Part shown: positions 18,722 to 38,875 of the stretch, one piece after another
How the letters are laid out: each line of letters begins with the position of its first letter
Position numbering within the stretch: position 1 is the first letter of the stretch
From: the human T2T-CHM13v2.0 reference genome, Homo sapiens
DNA: 64,000 nucleotides
Reading direction: 5' to 3' (one strand)
Assembly: GCF_009914755.1 (NCBI RefSeq)
Contig: NC_060926.1
Made by a program: the position numbers and the translations under genes
The notes under the pieces: generated by a model
What the model was told of the DNA's origin: nothing
Seen by the model: the letters and a program-made list of their open reading frames with translations, nothing else
Database searches by the model: none

Positions 18722-20409
18722 TAAAAAAAAAAAAAAAAAAAAAAAGTAGGCTTCCAGGGCTCTATCCCCAGAGACTTGGATTCAATAGGATTAGGGTGAG
18801 AGAGATCAGCAATGGAAATCCTTGATATAGTGGTTTGTCCTGGGTGGGGTTTTAAGAATTTATACATGATAAATCATGTAGGAATTATTTTTAAAGTAGA
18901 AAAAAAAGCTTTTATCATGCAAATATAGGGCTGACCAAAGTGCTATGTACTTAGCTGAGGCATAGGAGCACCTACCTAACCTAGAAAAGATGTACCTGAC
19001 CCTAGTTAAAACCTGAGCTCTTTCTGAAACTGATTTGGGCATTTGGATTAGTTCTGCTTAAATCTGGGGCATCTGGTTTGATCTGAACTACTGAGAGACT
19101 CAGGCTTTTCTGGAACCTAGAACTAAATTGGCCTCACAACAAAGGGACTCCCTTCACTTGCCTCAAGTCAGGATCATGGGAAGGGGCAGATGTCTGCTGA
19201 GACTGATGTGAGGTCTTTTACCTCAGAAAATTTTACCTGAGTCATTAAAATAAAACCCCTTTCAAAAAATTTCTTTAAGAAAAACTAGTGTAATAAAAAG
19301 TAGGTCCTATTAGAGAACTTACCAAACACCAAGAACATTCTAACGGCGGAGGCTGTCAACTAGCATATTGAGGCTATGGTCCTTGTTGAACAGGTTTTGT
19401 CATCTGATACTGATAATATTTAGAAATCTAAGATGCCTTTGGAGTATAATATGTTCAAAAAATGTGGTTATCTTGGTCTGTGATTACAGCATATGTCCAT
19501 GCTAAGGAGTTTGTTTCAGGACAGGAATAAGTCCTCTTCTGTTAAGCAGTTTCTCCTAAATCAGTTTGGAGACATTTCAGGAGCTTTTCTAACACCCAAG
19601 CTGAAATTATTGGCTTCTTCTCTGATTAAAACCATCCCAGCAGTTAGCAAACAATAACCAGAAGGTTTTCAATGTAGCCCCTGTGCACCCTTCAGAAAAC
19701 ATCTTGAAACAGTACTGTAAATAGATTCAAGAAAGGAATGTGGTTTGGAAAAAAAAAAAACTATTTTAAACTTGCCTTCTGTTCCCAGGGCTGCTGTCAT
19801 GTAATCTAGGAGAATTTTGATAAGGTCTCCTGCTGTAAAATGGAGCAATAGAATATCTCATCAGATAATCGGATTCCAGATGTCCTTGGAAGGAATAACT
19901 AGAGCTATCACCTTAGTATTGACTCATATATCCCATGGAAGTCTGTGGAAGTGTGAAGGAACAGCACATGGGCCACAAGGAGAGGAAATCATTGTCATAG
20001 TCTGAAACTCTGTTTAGGTCATCCCATGAAAGTAATAGCTACAAGAGTGGCCATGGGCTTTTAAAATTGTATTCCCAAACCCTAGGTCATTGGAAGAACT
20101 ACAGTTAATGTATACTGAGTTTTCAAGAATTAAAAAGAAAACCAAAAACTGGTTGTTGCAGGTGGTCCCCACATTTAACACTAAGCACTTCTGAATGCAA
20201 GTTGTTTCTAACAGGGTATATTTTATATTTACTGATGATTTTTAATTTTTTATTATCAAAGGTATATATGTTTATTATAGTCTATTATGAAAATACAGAA
20301 ACATACTAAGAACAGTTAATGACCCATCAATCTAATGTACAGAAAGAAGGCTAGAACTAGGAAAAGAGTTGACTTTCCTTGAATAAATTCCCAGAAGTGG
20401 AGTACACAG

Positions 20410-20713
<304 letters not shown>

Positions 20714-21149
20714 AGTACACAGTTTTTAACTTTGATAAACATTGCCAAATTCCTCTCCAGGAAGGCTGTATTAATTTGTATTCCCTCTGAGAAAGTATAA
20801 GACTAAATTACCCCCTCTCTTGCCTAATTGGCTATCATCATTTTTTGTATTTTCTGGGAGTAAGTTCTTAGAAAGTTTTGTAAGGGACACTTACATTAAA
20901 CCAGGACATCTCCCTGGTAACAATAAAAGCATGGAGAAAGGACCAGGGAAGGAGAAAACAGGTATAAAGTTCCCAGAGACCCCACTAGGTTTTCTACCTG
21001 TGCGATCCTAGATTAAAACCACTTGTTTTGATTTCAGGAAATTAGGGACAAAATAAAAATCTCAGCCTGAACTGGACCTTGTAGAAATTATCCCTGCTTG
21101 AGCAATAAGCACTCTAAATTCAGTCTGTTTAGAAAGATTCCTGCCCGTT

Positions 21150-21330
21150 AGCCAGGTGTGGTAGCACAGGCCTCAAGTCCAAGCTGCTCAGGAGGCTGAG
21201 GAAGGAGGATGCCTTGAGCCCAGGAGTTTGGGGCTTCAGGCAACAACAGCAAGAGCCCATCTCTAAAAAAGAAAGAAAAGGAGAGAGAGAGAGAGAGAGA
21301 GAGAGATGAGAGAGAGAGAAAGATGAGAGA
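21150..21330 (+). mobile_element. Alu monomer (FLAM) with a (GA)n microsatellite tail
   Basis: Single arm, then GAGAGA... at ~21282-21320. Confidence 0.8.
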
Positions 21331-21816
21331 AGAAAAGAAAAAAACAGTCCAGCCAAGCTAAAAGTTAGCTTTCAGAATAAAGTCAGAAAATAACTCCAGA
21401 TTTTGGTAGCGTTGTGTTGATACGAAGCAAAAGATTTGGCCTTATTCTTAGGTCAGGCTTTCCTTGGAAGCTCTAGTTCTTCTCAGCTGTAACAGCAAAA
21501 GCCTAAATTCCATTATAGACTCTTTATTTCCTTTATATAACCTCTCTTCCCCCAGTCTTATTTTAATAATGATTCAAAAAGAGTTCCAGCATTAAAAAAA
21601 AGTAGTTTAACTCTTCACCCCCAAATGCAAGAAGGTGGTGAAAAGCAGAGGATGATGTTGAGTATCTTAAATAGCTGACATCATGTCAAACTATTAATTG
21701 TTGAAGTTATTTTTTTACACCTGAGTGAACATTTAGAAAATAATATAAATAGAAATTAAAGGGAAATAAATGCTAAACCGATGTTAGAAAATACTGTTTT
21801 CTGAAGTGTACAGTAA

Positions 21817-22455
<639 letters not shown>

Positions 22456-24032
22456 TAGTAAATATCTAAACAAATGAAAGGGACAAGATATAGAAGGAAT
22501 CTTAGGATCAGCTGAGAGATAATTGAATACTTTCCTAAAAGAACACAATACTGGAAGGGATGGGGCTTTGTGGGACAATTGCTATTTTGAATTCTTAGGT
22601 GTCCAACTTTACAACCAAGGTTTACAAATATTTTAAATGGTGATTTAGTCAGCAGAAGGGAAGACTAAAATAGAACATAATTAGCTTAAGCTTACCTCTA
22701 GTTGTAGAGTATACAGGTTTTGACCTCAAAATTTGAAAAATCGCAATTTTTATCTAAGTGCAATCAAGTTTTCCTTATTTGGGGATGGCCATAATTGTCT
22801 CTCATGGCAACTCAACTGTATGCAACATTGAACCATCCTTTGTTGCAAAGGAACCTGCCTGGGCCTGCTTCCTGTTAGATAAATGGTCCCAACTGGCATA
22901 ACTTACAAGTTTGGTACATAAACTATCTGATTACAATACTAACGCTATACGTGAGCAGGTAGTAAAATATGGGCATTTACATCATTTATTCACCAAGAAC
23001 TGTAATTAGGCATTTTCTTTCTCTTTTATTATATTTTAAAATTTAATATAGAGACAGGGTCTCACGCTGTCCCCCAAGCTAGAGTGCAATGGTGCAACCA
23101 TTATTCACTGCAGCCTGAACTCCTGGGCTCAAGTGATCTTCCCACCTCAGCACCACCACGCCTGTCTTGTTTCTGTTTTACATGCTCTTGGCTAGTTTCT
23201 GTTTCCCACTGGTGTTAGGGTTTTAACTTCTGTTGATTCACAGGATGCAGGTGGGGGAGAGATGGCAAGGGGGAAAATATGAATTTGATTACTCAAGTGG
23301 AACAAGGTGAAACCATTAGTTTAAAATAATTTTAGGCTGAAAAATTAAAATCATTAAATTATTTCCTTCATGCTGTTATTACACTGTTTTTGTATTAAAG
23401 AAGTAAGCATAAATATGAGGATTGTATATTATTTCTATTCTGGCTATTTTTAGAATCATGGCTAAGAATTGGCATGGATCTCAGAATGACTGATTTGGAG
23501 GCTTTAGCATCTGGTCAAAAATGAGGAAACATCTGGACAGACAGGGCAGAAGATTTGTACAAGGCCGTGGTCAGGAAGGAATTTCAGGTCTACTGTCTTC
23601 CATCTCTACATTCTACCTTTTAGACCCTTCAAAAGAATAAGTGCTTATTTCAAAAATCTGTGTCCTTGCTCATGTGTTTAAATAATGACAGTTCCTGTAG
23701 TGAGGATTTTTGTATGCAGATGTGACCTAAGACTAGGTCCAACGTCACTTACATCCTGCATCCATGTTAGACCTGTCTCTGTGCTTCAGGTTGCTGTCAC
23801 TCTTTGTAGAGCCTGATGCTGTTTGTGATGACCTTGGCCTCACTTTCCACTCAGTGCCACCCTTCTCTGGGTGCAGTGTGCAAAATGAGTAAGTTGGCTG
23901 CCACATGGGGCTTCCAGGCTGTCCACAGTACCCAGATAGCCAGCACATTATTCTCATCCTAGCTGGACAACCATTGACCCAAGCTTGGGTCTCGGGTTCT
24001 TGGTGACAAGTTGTTATAAATGGAGAACCGAT

Positions 24033-24320
24033 ACCGGGGCACGGTGGCTCACGCCTATAATCCAAGCACTTTGGGAGGCTGAGGCGGGCGGATTGCTTGA
24101 ACTCAGGAGTTCAAGGCCAGCCTGGGCAACATAGGGAGACCCTGTCTCTACTACTAATAAAAAAATTAGCCAGGCATGGTGGTGCATGCCTGTGATCCCA
24201 ACTACTCAGGAGGCTGAACTTGGAGGTCGAGTCTGCAGTGAGGCTGTGTTTGTGCCACTGCACTCCATCCTAGGTGACAGAGCAAGACCCCCTCTCAGAA
24301 ATTAAATAAATAAATAAAAA
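24033..24320 (+). mobile_element. Alu (AluJ-like)
   Basis: TSD AAATGGAGAACCGA / AAATGGAGAACTGA. Confidence 0.88.
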
Positions 24321-24760
24321 TTTTTGAAATGGAGAACTGAGAAAAGGAACACTAATGCAGTTGTGTTCCCATGGAAGATAGTCAAACAAAGCTAAACATA
24401 GCTGGAGTAAGAGAACCAGTGGCTGCTAACAGACGTGGAACTGTGCAACTGAACTAACCCCAAGGCTTACTCCCTCCCTGGGGAGTTGAGGCCAGAAACA
24501 TTTTCTGTAGCATCTGTGGCAGAGCTGTGGGGCCTTTCTGGCTCAACTGGGAAGGAAGGTGACGGCTGTTGTTCTTCAAGGAATCGCTTTCCTGCCTCCT
24601 GAAGGGAATCACCAGGGCCTAGATTCTGGAAAGGGAAGGGAAAGTGGAGAACACAAAAAGGAAACGTTTTCTTGTTCTCCCATGAGATTCATGTGCATGT
24701 CCCCAAGCAGATTGCCAGAGGAAATGAAGGTTCTTTAAAAATAATAAATAAATAAATTCT

Positions 24761-25337
<577 letters not shown>

Positions 25338-26294
25338 TCACTCTGTGCAAAAATGAACTTGCCCAGTGGGTTTATATTTACTATCAACCAATATCAGCCT
25401 ATGAATAGCAGAAAAAGGCAAGTAAGGCCATGTAACATTTCATTTTTTCCTGGAGCCCCAGGCTGACCCTGGTTTGGCTGGCCAGGGTGGGACTAAAGGT
25501 GAGGCTCCAAATCATCTGGGTACAGGCGGACCACATAGACCAAGAAAGTGCCTTTCAAACTGCCACATTTGTAATCCTAGCTACTCAGGAGGCTGAGGCA
25601 GGAGGATCCTTGAGCCCAGGAGTTCAAGACCATCCTGGGCAACATATTGAGACCCCATCTTGAATGAATGAATGGTGCCTTTCCCCAGACTTCCTTTGAA
25701 TTGAAAGAAAACAAGTCACTTCATAAGTTACTTTATGAACCATTAAAACTGGATACAGCCATTTGCTGGGTGGCGTACCACCGCTTCAAATATCACTTAT
25801 AGGGAATTTAGGGAAAAATCTTTTCCCCTAATATCAGGAAGTTTAAAAATAAGTAACCAGATAATCTGGGGCCAGGAGCATGTAGTGGGAGAGTTATCAG
25901 GCCCACCCAGTTCCCTGAGACAGGTGGAAAAAACTGACCCTTCTCTTCATCAGTTCTTATAGATGTAATTTCAACAAATGGGAAAGGATAATGCAAAACC
26001 CTTCCTTGTCCCTGTACACATGGGGAAGAGTTGAACAAAATGCTAGGGGAATTTGGCTCTGAAGGTCCCTGAATAGCTTGAGAGCTCTCACTGGGGACCC
26101 ATCCCTGGGAGAATCAACTTGCATCACCTTTGGGCAACCACCCCTGGAACCATAACAGAAGGGGCAAGACCAAGCAAGTCCCTATTGCCTTGAGTGAGTC
26201 CTGGAAGAAAGTGGTTACTGGGGTAACCACAGCCTGTGCCATTCTTTACAGCCCAAATGCCATCCCTAGTTTTGCACCTAGAAGTTTAGCCATT

Positions 26295-26610
26295 AATTGT
26301 GTTCATAGATTTAGGGGTCCATGTGCAGGTTTGATACTTTAGGTATATTGTGTGATGCTGACATTTGGCATATGAATGATTCTGTCACCCGGGTAGTGAA
26401 CATAGTACCCAGTAGTTAGTCTTTCAACCCCAGTAGTCCCTAGTAGCTATTATTGCCGTCTTTATGTCTATAAGAATCCACAGTTTAGCTCCCACTTGTA
26501 ACATGTGGTATTTGGTTTTCTGTTCTTGCATTAATTTGCTTAGGATAATGGCCTCCAGCTGCATCCATGTCGCTGCAAAGGATACGATTTTATTCTCTTT
26601 TATGGCTGTG
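26295..26610 (-). mobile_element. L1 3'-end fragment (old L1PA/L1PB)
   Basis: GGGGTCCATGTGCAGGTTTG...AGTTTAGCTCCCACTT...GGATAATGGCCTCCAGCTGCATCCATG. ORF 26424..26666(-) carries L1 C-terminal/3'UTR translation. Confidence 0.85.
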
Positions 26611-26855
26611 TGATTTTTTCCCCCCCAGCTATTCTGGGAGCTACTCTCTTTAGGGTACCTTCGCATATGTAGTACGTTTTTCTCCTGTTAATCTGTGTAT
26701 TGTCAGTTGATTCACAGGCCACCGACCAATTGGACCTAAATTGGTAGAGAAGTTTTTTCTCCCAACAGTTTATATAAATTTAGTTTATTAATTTTAACTG
26801 CTGCATAGTGTTCCATTTAGAATAGGCTGGAGGTTTTTGTTTTTGAGTTTCCTAT

Positions 26856-27755
26856 TATAAACCAAAAACAAAATTCTAATCTCCCCAACCAACTGAATGT
26901 ACCCCCTCAGCCAAGGGGATCCCAAAAAAAACCTGAAAAAGTTCAGGCCATGACAGGAAGAGGGGTGGTTAGAAGTTCAGGCCATGACAGGAAGAGAGGG
27001 GGAAGGTCTCATTATATACCCTTCTCTTTTTGGAGTTTAGACCCAACTGACCAGCATTAACATTAAAACAGAGATTTTAAGACCGACAAAACAGACTCTT
27101 TGTAGCAATAAGATCAAATTCCAACCTGACTCTGATGTAACATCTCATGACAGACAGCAGGCCCGGAAGGAGATCAGAATATTTTACCCCAAAATATATT
27201 TCTTCGACATACTTTGAATGGCCCTGCAAAGCTGTCCCTTGTGGGGGAAATTTGCATTTTTTTAGAGAATCTCCTTCCTCTACTAGGTTTTTCCACAGAG
27301 TTTGACACCTTTTAGGTCAGATAAGAGACTGTCACATCTATTATCTCTGAAGCTTGTTCTTTGGAGGTTTCACCTACATGACAAAAACCTTGGCTTCCAA
27401 AACATTCCCCCCTTACCATAACTCAAGCTGACTTCAACTCTTCACTCAGAGCTTAACTCTTTGAACCAACTGCCAGTCAGGAAATCTCTCAATCCACCTG
27501 TGACCTAGAAACAGCCCCCAACTCCCACTTTGAGATGTCCCCCTATTCCAGGCCAAAACCAATGTATACCTTCCATGTATTGATTTATGTCTTTGCCCAT
27601 AACTTCTGTCTCCCTAAAACCAAGCCGCAATCCCACCATCTTGGGCACATGTTCTCAGGACCTCCTGAGGCTGCAGCATGGGCCACGGTCCTTAACCTTG
27701 GCAAAGTAAACGTCTTAATCAATTGAGACCTGTCTCAGATGCTTTTTGGTTTACA
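26856..27755 (+). mobile_element. ERV1 solo LTR, MER4 group
   Basis: Starts T(A)TAAACCAAAAACAAAATTCTAA and ends GAGACCTGTCTCAGATGCTTTTTGGTTTACA. 4-bp TSD CTAT at 26852-26855 and 27756-27759. Confidence 0.85.
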
Positions 27756-27947
27756 CTATCAATGAGTGGGTTTTTAGGTTGTCTTCAATTTTCCATTGCA
27801 AATAATGCTGCTGTGAACATCCTTGAACATGCATCCCTGTTTACATGTACAAATATATCTTAGAAAACAGGAATACTGTATCATGGGTTATGTGCTTTTT
27901 CTTTCTTTCTTTCTTTTTTTTATTGTAGACACTGTCAAATAGACTTT

Positions 27948-28125
27948 AGAGTACTAATAAATGTTTAACAACCAGTCTTCCAAAAAGAGGAAGTGGGGCT
28001 GATTTGTAGCATTTGCCAATTTCCATGGTGTGAATTCTTCCACCATGGCCGATTTCAAACTACTAATGAGACATGAATGCACAATCAGCTCTGTTAGCTG
28101 GTATGAAGTGGCTCCAGCATAGTTC
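27948..28125 (-). mobile_element. MER63A-like hAT DNA transposon
   Basis: TAAATGTTTAACAACC...TGATTTGTAGCATTTGCCAATTTCCATGGTG...CACCATGGCCGATTTCAA...GGCTCCAGCA matches recalled MER63A in antisense. Confidence 0.7.
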
Positions 28126-28227
28126 TCAGAATCTCTCAAACTCAGAATGCATATAAATATTGGCAAATAGCCCTCTAAAGTAGCCCAACCAATGTATACT
28201 TTCACAAGCAGTGTATGAGAATATCTA

Positions 28228-30367
<2,140 letters not shown>

Positions 30368-30553
30368 TATTTCCCATTATCCTTGTCAGTGCTTGGTAAT
30401 ACCATAATTTTTGCCAGTATGATGAGTCAAAACTCATTTTTGCATTTTTCCCAATCATTGGTGAGATTGAGCGTTTTTGTTTTTCTTTTATGTCTTTGCT
30501 ACTTTTATTTCCCTTTCCATGAAATGGTCTTTTGCCTTTTGCCTGGTTTTCTT

Positions 30554-31019
<466 letters not shown>

Positions 31020-31257
31020 TGTTTTACTTTTGGTATTTTTCTGTTGATTTGTTGCAGCCCTTGATGTAGCCTGGAAACAATTGTCCATCAAGAAGTTTTC
31101 AATCTATTTTAGAGAGTGAAGTGGGAGGAATATTCTCAAATGTTATTGAGCACTTGCTATATGAAAATACCTTTCAAGGACTGGGACTGAGAGAAAAGAG
31201 TATACATTGTGTACATCAAACCCTATTACCGATTTAACACTGTGGTAGTGTCAGTTG

Positions 31258-31258
<1 letters not shown>

Positions 31259-31292
<34 letters not shown>
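31259..31292. repeat. (AC)17 microsatellite
   Basis: Perfect AC run. Confidence 0.97.
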
Positions 31293-31293
<1 letters not shown>

Positions 31294-32031
31294 AGTGATA
31301 TAAATAAAAACTAATTACTAGGAGTAGTGAAGAAAATAAATTGCATTTTGGCTCAGTCTGCCTATTTGTGATTTTTTTCACAAGCATCCTATTGGTCCTC
31401 ATCTCCTTTGGGACACTGAGGTCACTGGATTATTTTTCTGGAGGGAATTCATCAGCACTTCTTATTCTCACTGAGGTTTCTATGGAGTCTTCCTGTGAGG
31501 CTTATCCCTCATCTCCCTACCTGTCACATTGGCCCTGATCTCAAAAGGTGGAGTGGTTTCTCTTCCCAGGCTGTTTCTTCTGAAAATGACTGGCTGCCCC
31601 ACCAGCGGGCTATCCTCTGGGATAAGTTAAGGATGCACCATTTTTCTGGGGTGTGGACAATTCCCAGAATCCCTCAAATGCAGATGCAGGAGGTGGCCAG
31701 TTTTTACAAAGGCAGGGCTGTGTAGGAGGAAACATAGGTGTTATCTTAGATGGGAGTGATTATTTGCTAAATGCAATTTTGACTGCTTCTAATTTGCTGC
31801 TCAGAGATTCCGTCCTTGAACCAAACACAAAAATTTTTAAGTTGAAAAGATTGAAATAGCATCAGGTAGTAATGCAGATGTTATAGAGGACAACTCTTGC
31901 ATCTTTCAATTCCTTGGTAGTTTTGCCACCCCCATCCCTCATCCTTTACTGGTTTTAGTGAATTCTGAAAGGGGACTTTGATTCTCTGAATGGCACCAAG
32001 ATAGAAAATGGCTTTGGTAACATCTTAGAGC

Positions 32032-32190
32032 AGTGAGTAGTTCTTAACCAGGGATGGACATCAGAATCCCCCAGGGAGTATCTACTAAACACCAGGCCTG
32101 CTGAATCAGAGTCTGGGTGAAAGGCAGGCACATGTAGTTAGGAAAAGCTCTGGATATGATTCAGCTGTGCCTTCATGACTAAGAGCCACT
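32032..32190. mobile_element. MER5A-like hAT MITE
   Basis: GTAGTTCTTAACCAGGG...CATCAGAATCCCCCAGGG...TGAATCAGAGTCT...GAGCCACTGCTCT. Confidence 0.6.
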
Positions 32191-32486
32191 GCTCTGTTCT
32201 ACTGCCATTCTGTGATAAGATCAGTACAAACCTTCAGGGTAAGTGTTCAGAAACATTTACAGCAAATTCACAGAGTATGTCTATTAAATGTAATAAGTTT
32301 GAGCTTGTATTTTGCATGTATTTTACTTTGTTTTATATTTTACAAAATTACCAGTCTGTGATGAATTGGAAATGTTAAAAATCAACCTTACTCACAGTTT
32401 GAAAAGCACTGTTCTTGGCTTGTTTAGTTGTATCCAAGTCAGACAGGCACAATTAAAAATTACCTGGTAATAAAGTAAATAATTAA

Positions 32487-32796
<310 letters not shown>

Positions 32797-33069
32797 GAGA
32801 GGCCATTAGACTCAGACTTCTCTAGTGCCTTAGGTTCCTTTCTAAGCAAATCAAAACCCAACTCAAAGTGGCCTAGGAAAACAAAACTTAAGCATAACCA
32901 GTCAAAACCTGCTAACCTCTAACTAGAAACTACCAATCAGAAACCACCAACTAGCCTCTAACTAGGGACTTCCACTTCAACGAATCAAATTGTGGTTTGG
33001 CAATGTCCAATTCATGAATCGCGGTCTCAAACCTTTTTAAAATTTTAATGTGTCTAAGTTTATCTAACA
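32797..33069 (+). mobile_element. ERV1 LTR fragment (MER93-like)
   Basis: GAGGCCATTAGACT...GGTTCC...AAGCAAATCAAAACCCAACTCA...CCAATCAGAAACC...CTCTAACTAGGGACTTCC, ending TAACA. Confidence 0.55.
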
Positions 33070-33887
33070 CTGGTTTGGTAGCCTTGTGATCCTGGTGAGT
33101 AACTCTCTAGGTATCAGTGACCTCCTCTGGTGGGTCTTTGAGAGAATTAGAGATAATGAATGTATCCAAAGCACCCAGCACCATGCCTGACATTCACAAA
33201 AGTTATAGAAGCCCATCGTAAAACAGTTCCTAACAAAACTGTCTTCCAATTAGTTGTTGAAGAACACACAGAATCCTAGAGGTTGGTGACTGCTGCATCA
33301 TATTGTAACCAACCCAGAGTGCACAGGATAACAGATTTGTGCAGCCTCTCTAAACAGTTTAACTTGGAGTTCAGCCATGGGGAAGGGAGCTTAGTGGCCA
33401 TGGCACTATAGTACAAACCTCTGGTTAGCAGACCTCTCCCCAGTCGCTCCTTCCTGGCTCCTCTCTCACATTCCCCTTTCCCTTCTCTTTCGTACCCTAC
33501 TGGGCCTTCCCCCAAGGTCTCAACTGTTTTTATTTCTTCCCTCTAGCACAATCATTTTCTGTTCCTGATGGAACAATGAGAAGGGTGGGGGATGAAAATT
33601 TCTGGCCACCGTGCTCTGGCCTCCTGTTCAAGCATCTAAAAATAAGCAGATCATTCACGCTGGGCCAAATGACCTCCGCTGGCATACTCCTGTGCCCTTG
33701 TTGTGCTAAAAGAGAATCTATCTCTTCCTTTGACTTTCATTACAAAAAGCCTCTTTCTCTAACCTTTGTTTTATGTAGGTGCCATTATTATTACTGGGAG
33801 CAGTGTTGTGTGATAAATACAGGTGCTTTGGAAACAGCAACTTTGGATTGGATTCCGACTCTGCCTCTTACTTGTGTGGCTTAGGGA

Positions 33888-34164
<277 letters not shown>

Positions 34165-35255
34165 TAGTTAAGAGTTTTTAATTCAAATCAGTATTGAATC
34201 CCCAGTATTTCCTGTAAACCAGAAGTTAGATCTAGAGTCTTTATTCATATTAAAATTTTTGGCAAGAATACATCATAGTTTTCTTGAACCTAAGTTCCTA
34301 CACAGATTTAACTCTAGCAACAGGCTGCTTTGCTTCTCCATCTTCCCTCTGCTCACCTCCACGGACTGAGTCATCCTTCAGGCCTTCCTTTGGACGTCAC
34401 TTTCTCAGGGAAGCTGCCCTGACCGCCCATGTTTAGCATGTAGGTTCATTCCTGCCATGGCATCACCACAGGGGATTGTAATTGCCTGCCTGCCATTTGG
34501 AGAACTTCTTGTAGCTCACCTCCCTTGCCCTGCCTTCCACTAATCCTTCCCTCTCACCACACACATCCCCCTGCTTTTCTATGAGAGGTATGCTGCCCAT
34601 CCTTCAGTCCTCACCTCACATGGCACACCCCTAGGTCAGGTTTCCCATGATACTGAGCCATACTCTCCTGTGCTTTTTTTTTTTTTCCCATAGCATTTAT
34701 CACAAGTTATTTCTGGATTTTCTTTGTTACGAATATTTGCCTTGTACTTTAGACTGTAAACTTGTTGGTCTTTGCTTAATGCTGTATCCCCAGCACCTAG
34801 CATGGTGCCTGGCTCCTCATGGCAGTTACTACATATTTATTGGATGATAAAGGGTGCTATTGCATTCTTTTATCTCCTTTAGGACAGAAACTACCTTATT
34901 GATGTTTGTGGCCTTGGTGTCTAGCTGGTACACCAGGCCCACCACAAGATATGGTTGCCCAGGTACACAAGTCCTTCATTGTATGAGAGAGAAATGTAGA
35001 AATGTAGAAAAATAGGCCAGTAGGGAGGCCAGTAAGAAGGAAAAATAAGTCTCTATCAGCTGTGAACTATTCTTGCCAAAAGCATTTAACCAGAATCTAA
35101 TCAAGCCTTTAGACCTAATTTCTAGTTTACAAGAAATGCAGGGATAGAAGAACATATTTGGTAACACCATGAAGAAGTGATCAACCACATCCAGAATGTC
35201 AGACATTCTGCAGTACGATGTGTTTGAACAAAGGTCATAACAAGAAAAAAGAAGC

Positions 35256-36225
<970 letters not shown>

Positions 36226-36696
36226 GTGTATAATGAAATATTTAGGTATAAAATGTCCTGATGTCTGCAACTTATTTTCAAATGATTCAGGAAAAATCAC
36301 ATTCATATATAAAGCAAATGGTCAAATATTAGCAGCTGTTGAATCTGGGTGGAAGATATGCAAAGTTTTTTGACTGTTGGTTTTGGGTTTTTGGAAATTA
36401 TTTTTGGTCAGATTAATTAGGTATAATTTACAAAGTAAAATGTACCCATTTAATTGTAAAGTTTTATGAATTTTGACAAACACATGCAATTGTATAACTA
36501 CCATCATAATCAACACATAGAACAGTTTATCATCCCTAGAATTCTCCCTTGCCCCTTTGTAGTCATCTCCTCACCCTACCCCCTACCCCTTGTACCACTG
36601 ATCTATGCAACATTTCTATAGTTTTGCCTTTCCCAGAATGTCATACAAATGGAAGCACATAGTATGTTGCCTTTTAAGTCTGGCTTCTTTCACTTA

Positions 36697-37455
<759 letters not shown>

Positions 37456-37944
37456 ACACTTAGCTTAAGACGTTTGAGATTAATCCATGTTTTTGCATGT
37501 GTCAGTTTATTCCCTTTTTATTGCTGTGTAGTATTCCACTGTTTGGATGTATTGCTCTTTGTTTATCCACGTATCAGCTGAAAGACATGTAGGTTGTTTT
37601 CAGTATTAGGCAATTATGAATAAAGCCACTATAAACATTTGCCTGTGGATTTTTGTGTAAACACAAATTTTCACTTCTCTTGGGTAAATATTGAGGAGTG
37701 AGATTATGTTTAACTGTTTAAGAAACTGCTAAACAGTTTTCCAGGATATTTTCAGTTCCCAGTAGCGATATATGAGAGTTCTAGTTCTTCATGTTTTCAC
37801 CAACACTTGGTATTGCTGACTTTTCTAATGATAGCCATTTTAATGAGTATGTAGTGGTATCATGTAATGGTTTTGATTTGCATTTCCCTAGTGACTTATG
37901 ATGTTCAGCATCTTTTCATGTGCTTATATGCCATTTGTATGTCT

Positions 37945-38249
37945 TCTTTTTTTTTTTTTTTTTTTTGAGACAGAGTCTCACTCCGTTGCCGAGGCTGGAG
38001 TGCAGTGGCGCAAACTCGGCTCACTACAAGCTCTGCCTTCCGGGTTCACGCCATTCTCCTACCTCAGCCTCCTGAGTAGCTGGGACTACAGGCCCGTGCC
38101 ACCACGCCCGGCTAATTTAAAACACTGTTTTTAGTAGAGATGGGGTCACCACGTTAGCCAGGATGCTCTCAATCTCCTGACCTTGTTATCTGCCCACCTC
38201 GGCTTCCCAAAGTGCTGGGATTACAGGCGTGAGCCACCGCGCCTGGCCT
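37945..38249 (-). mobile_element. AluY
   Basis: GGGTTCACGCCATTCTCC diagnostic. TSD TGTATGTCTTCTT. Confidence 0.9.
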
Positions 38250-38374
38250 GTATGTCTTCTTTAGTGAAGTGTCTGTTCGGATCTTTTGCCCATTTTTATT
38301 AGGTTATCTATGTTCTTATTGAGTTTTGTGAATATTAAAAATATTCTCCATATAAGTCCTTTATCAGATATGTA

Positions 38375-38875
<501 letters not shown>

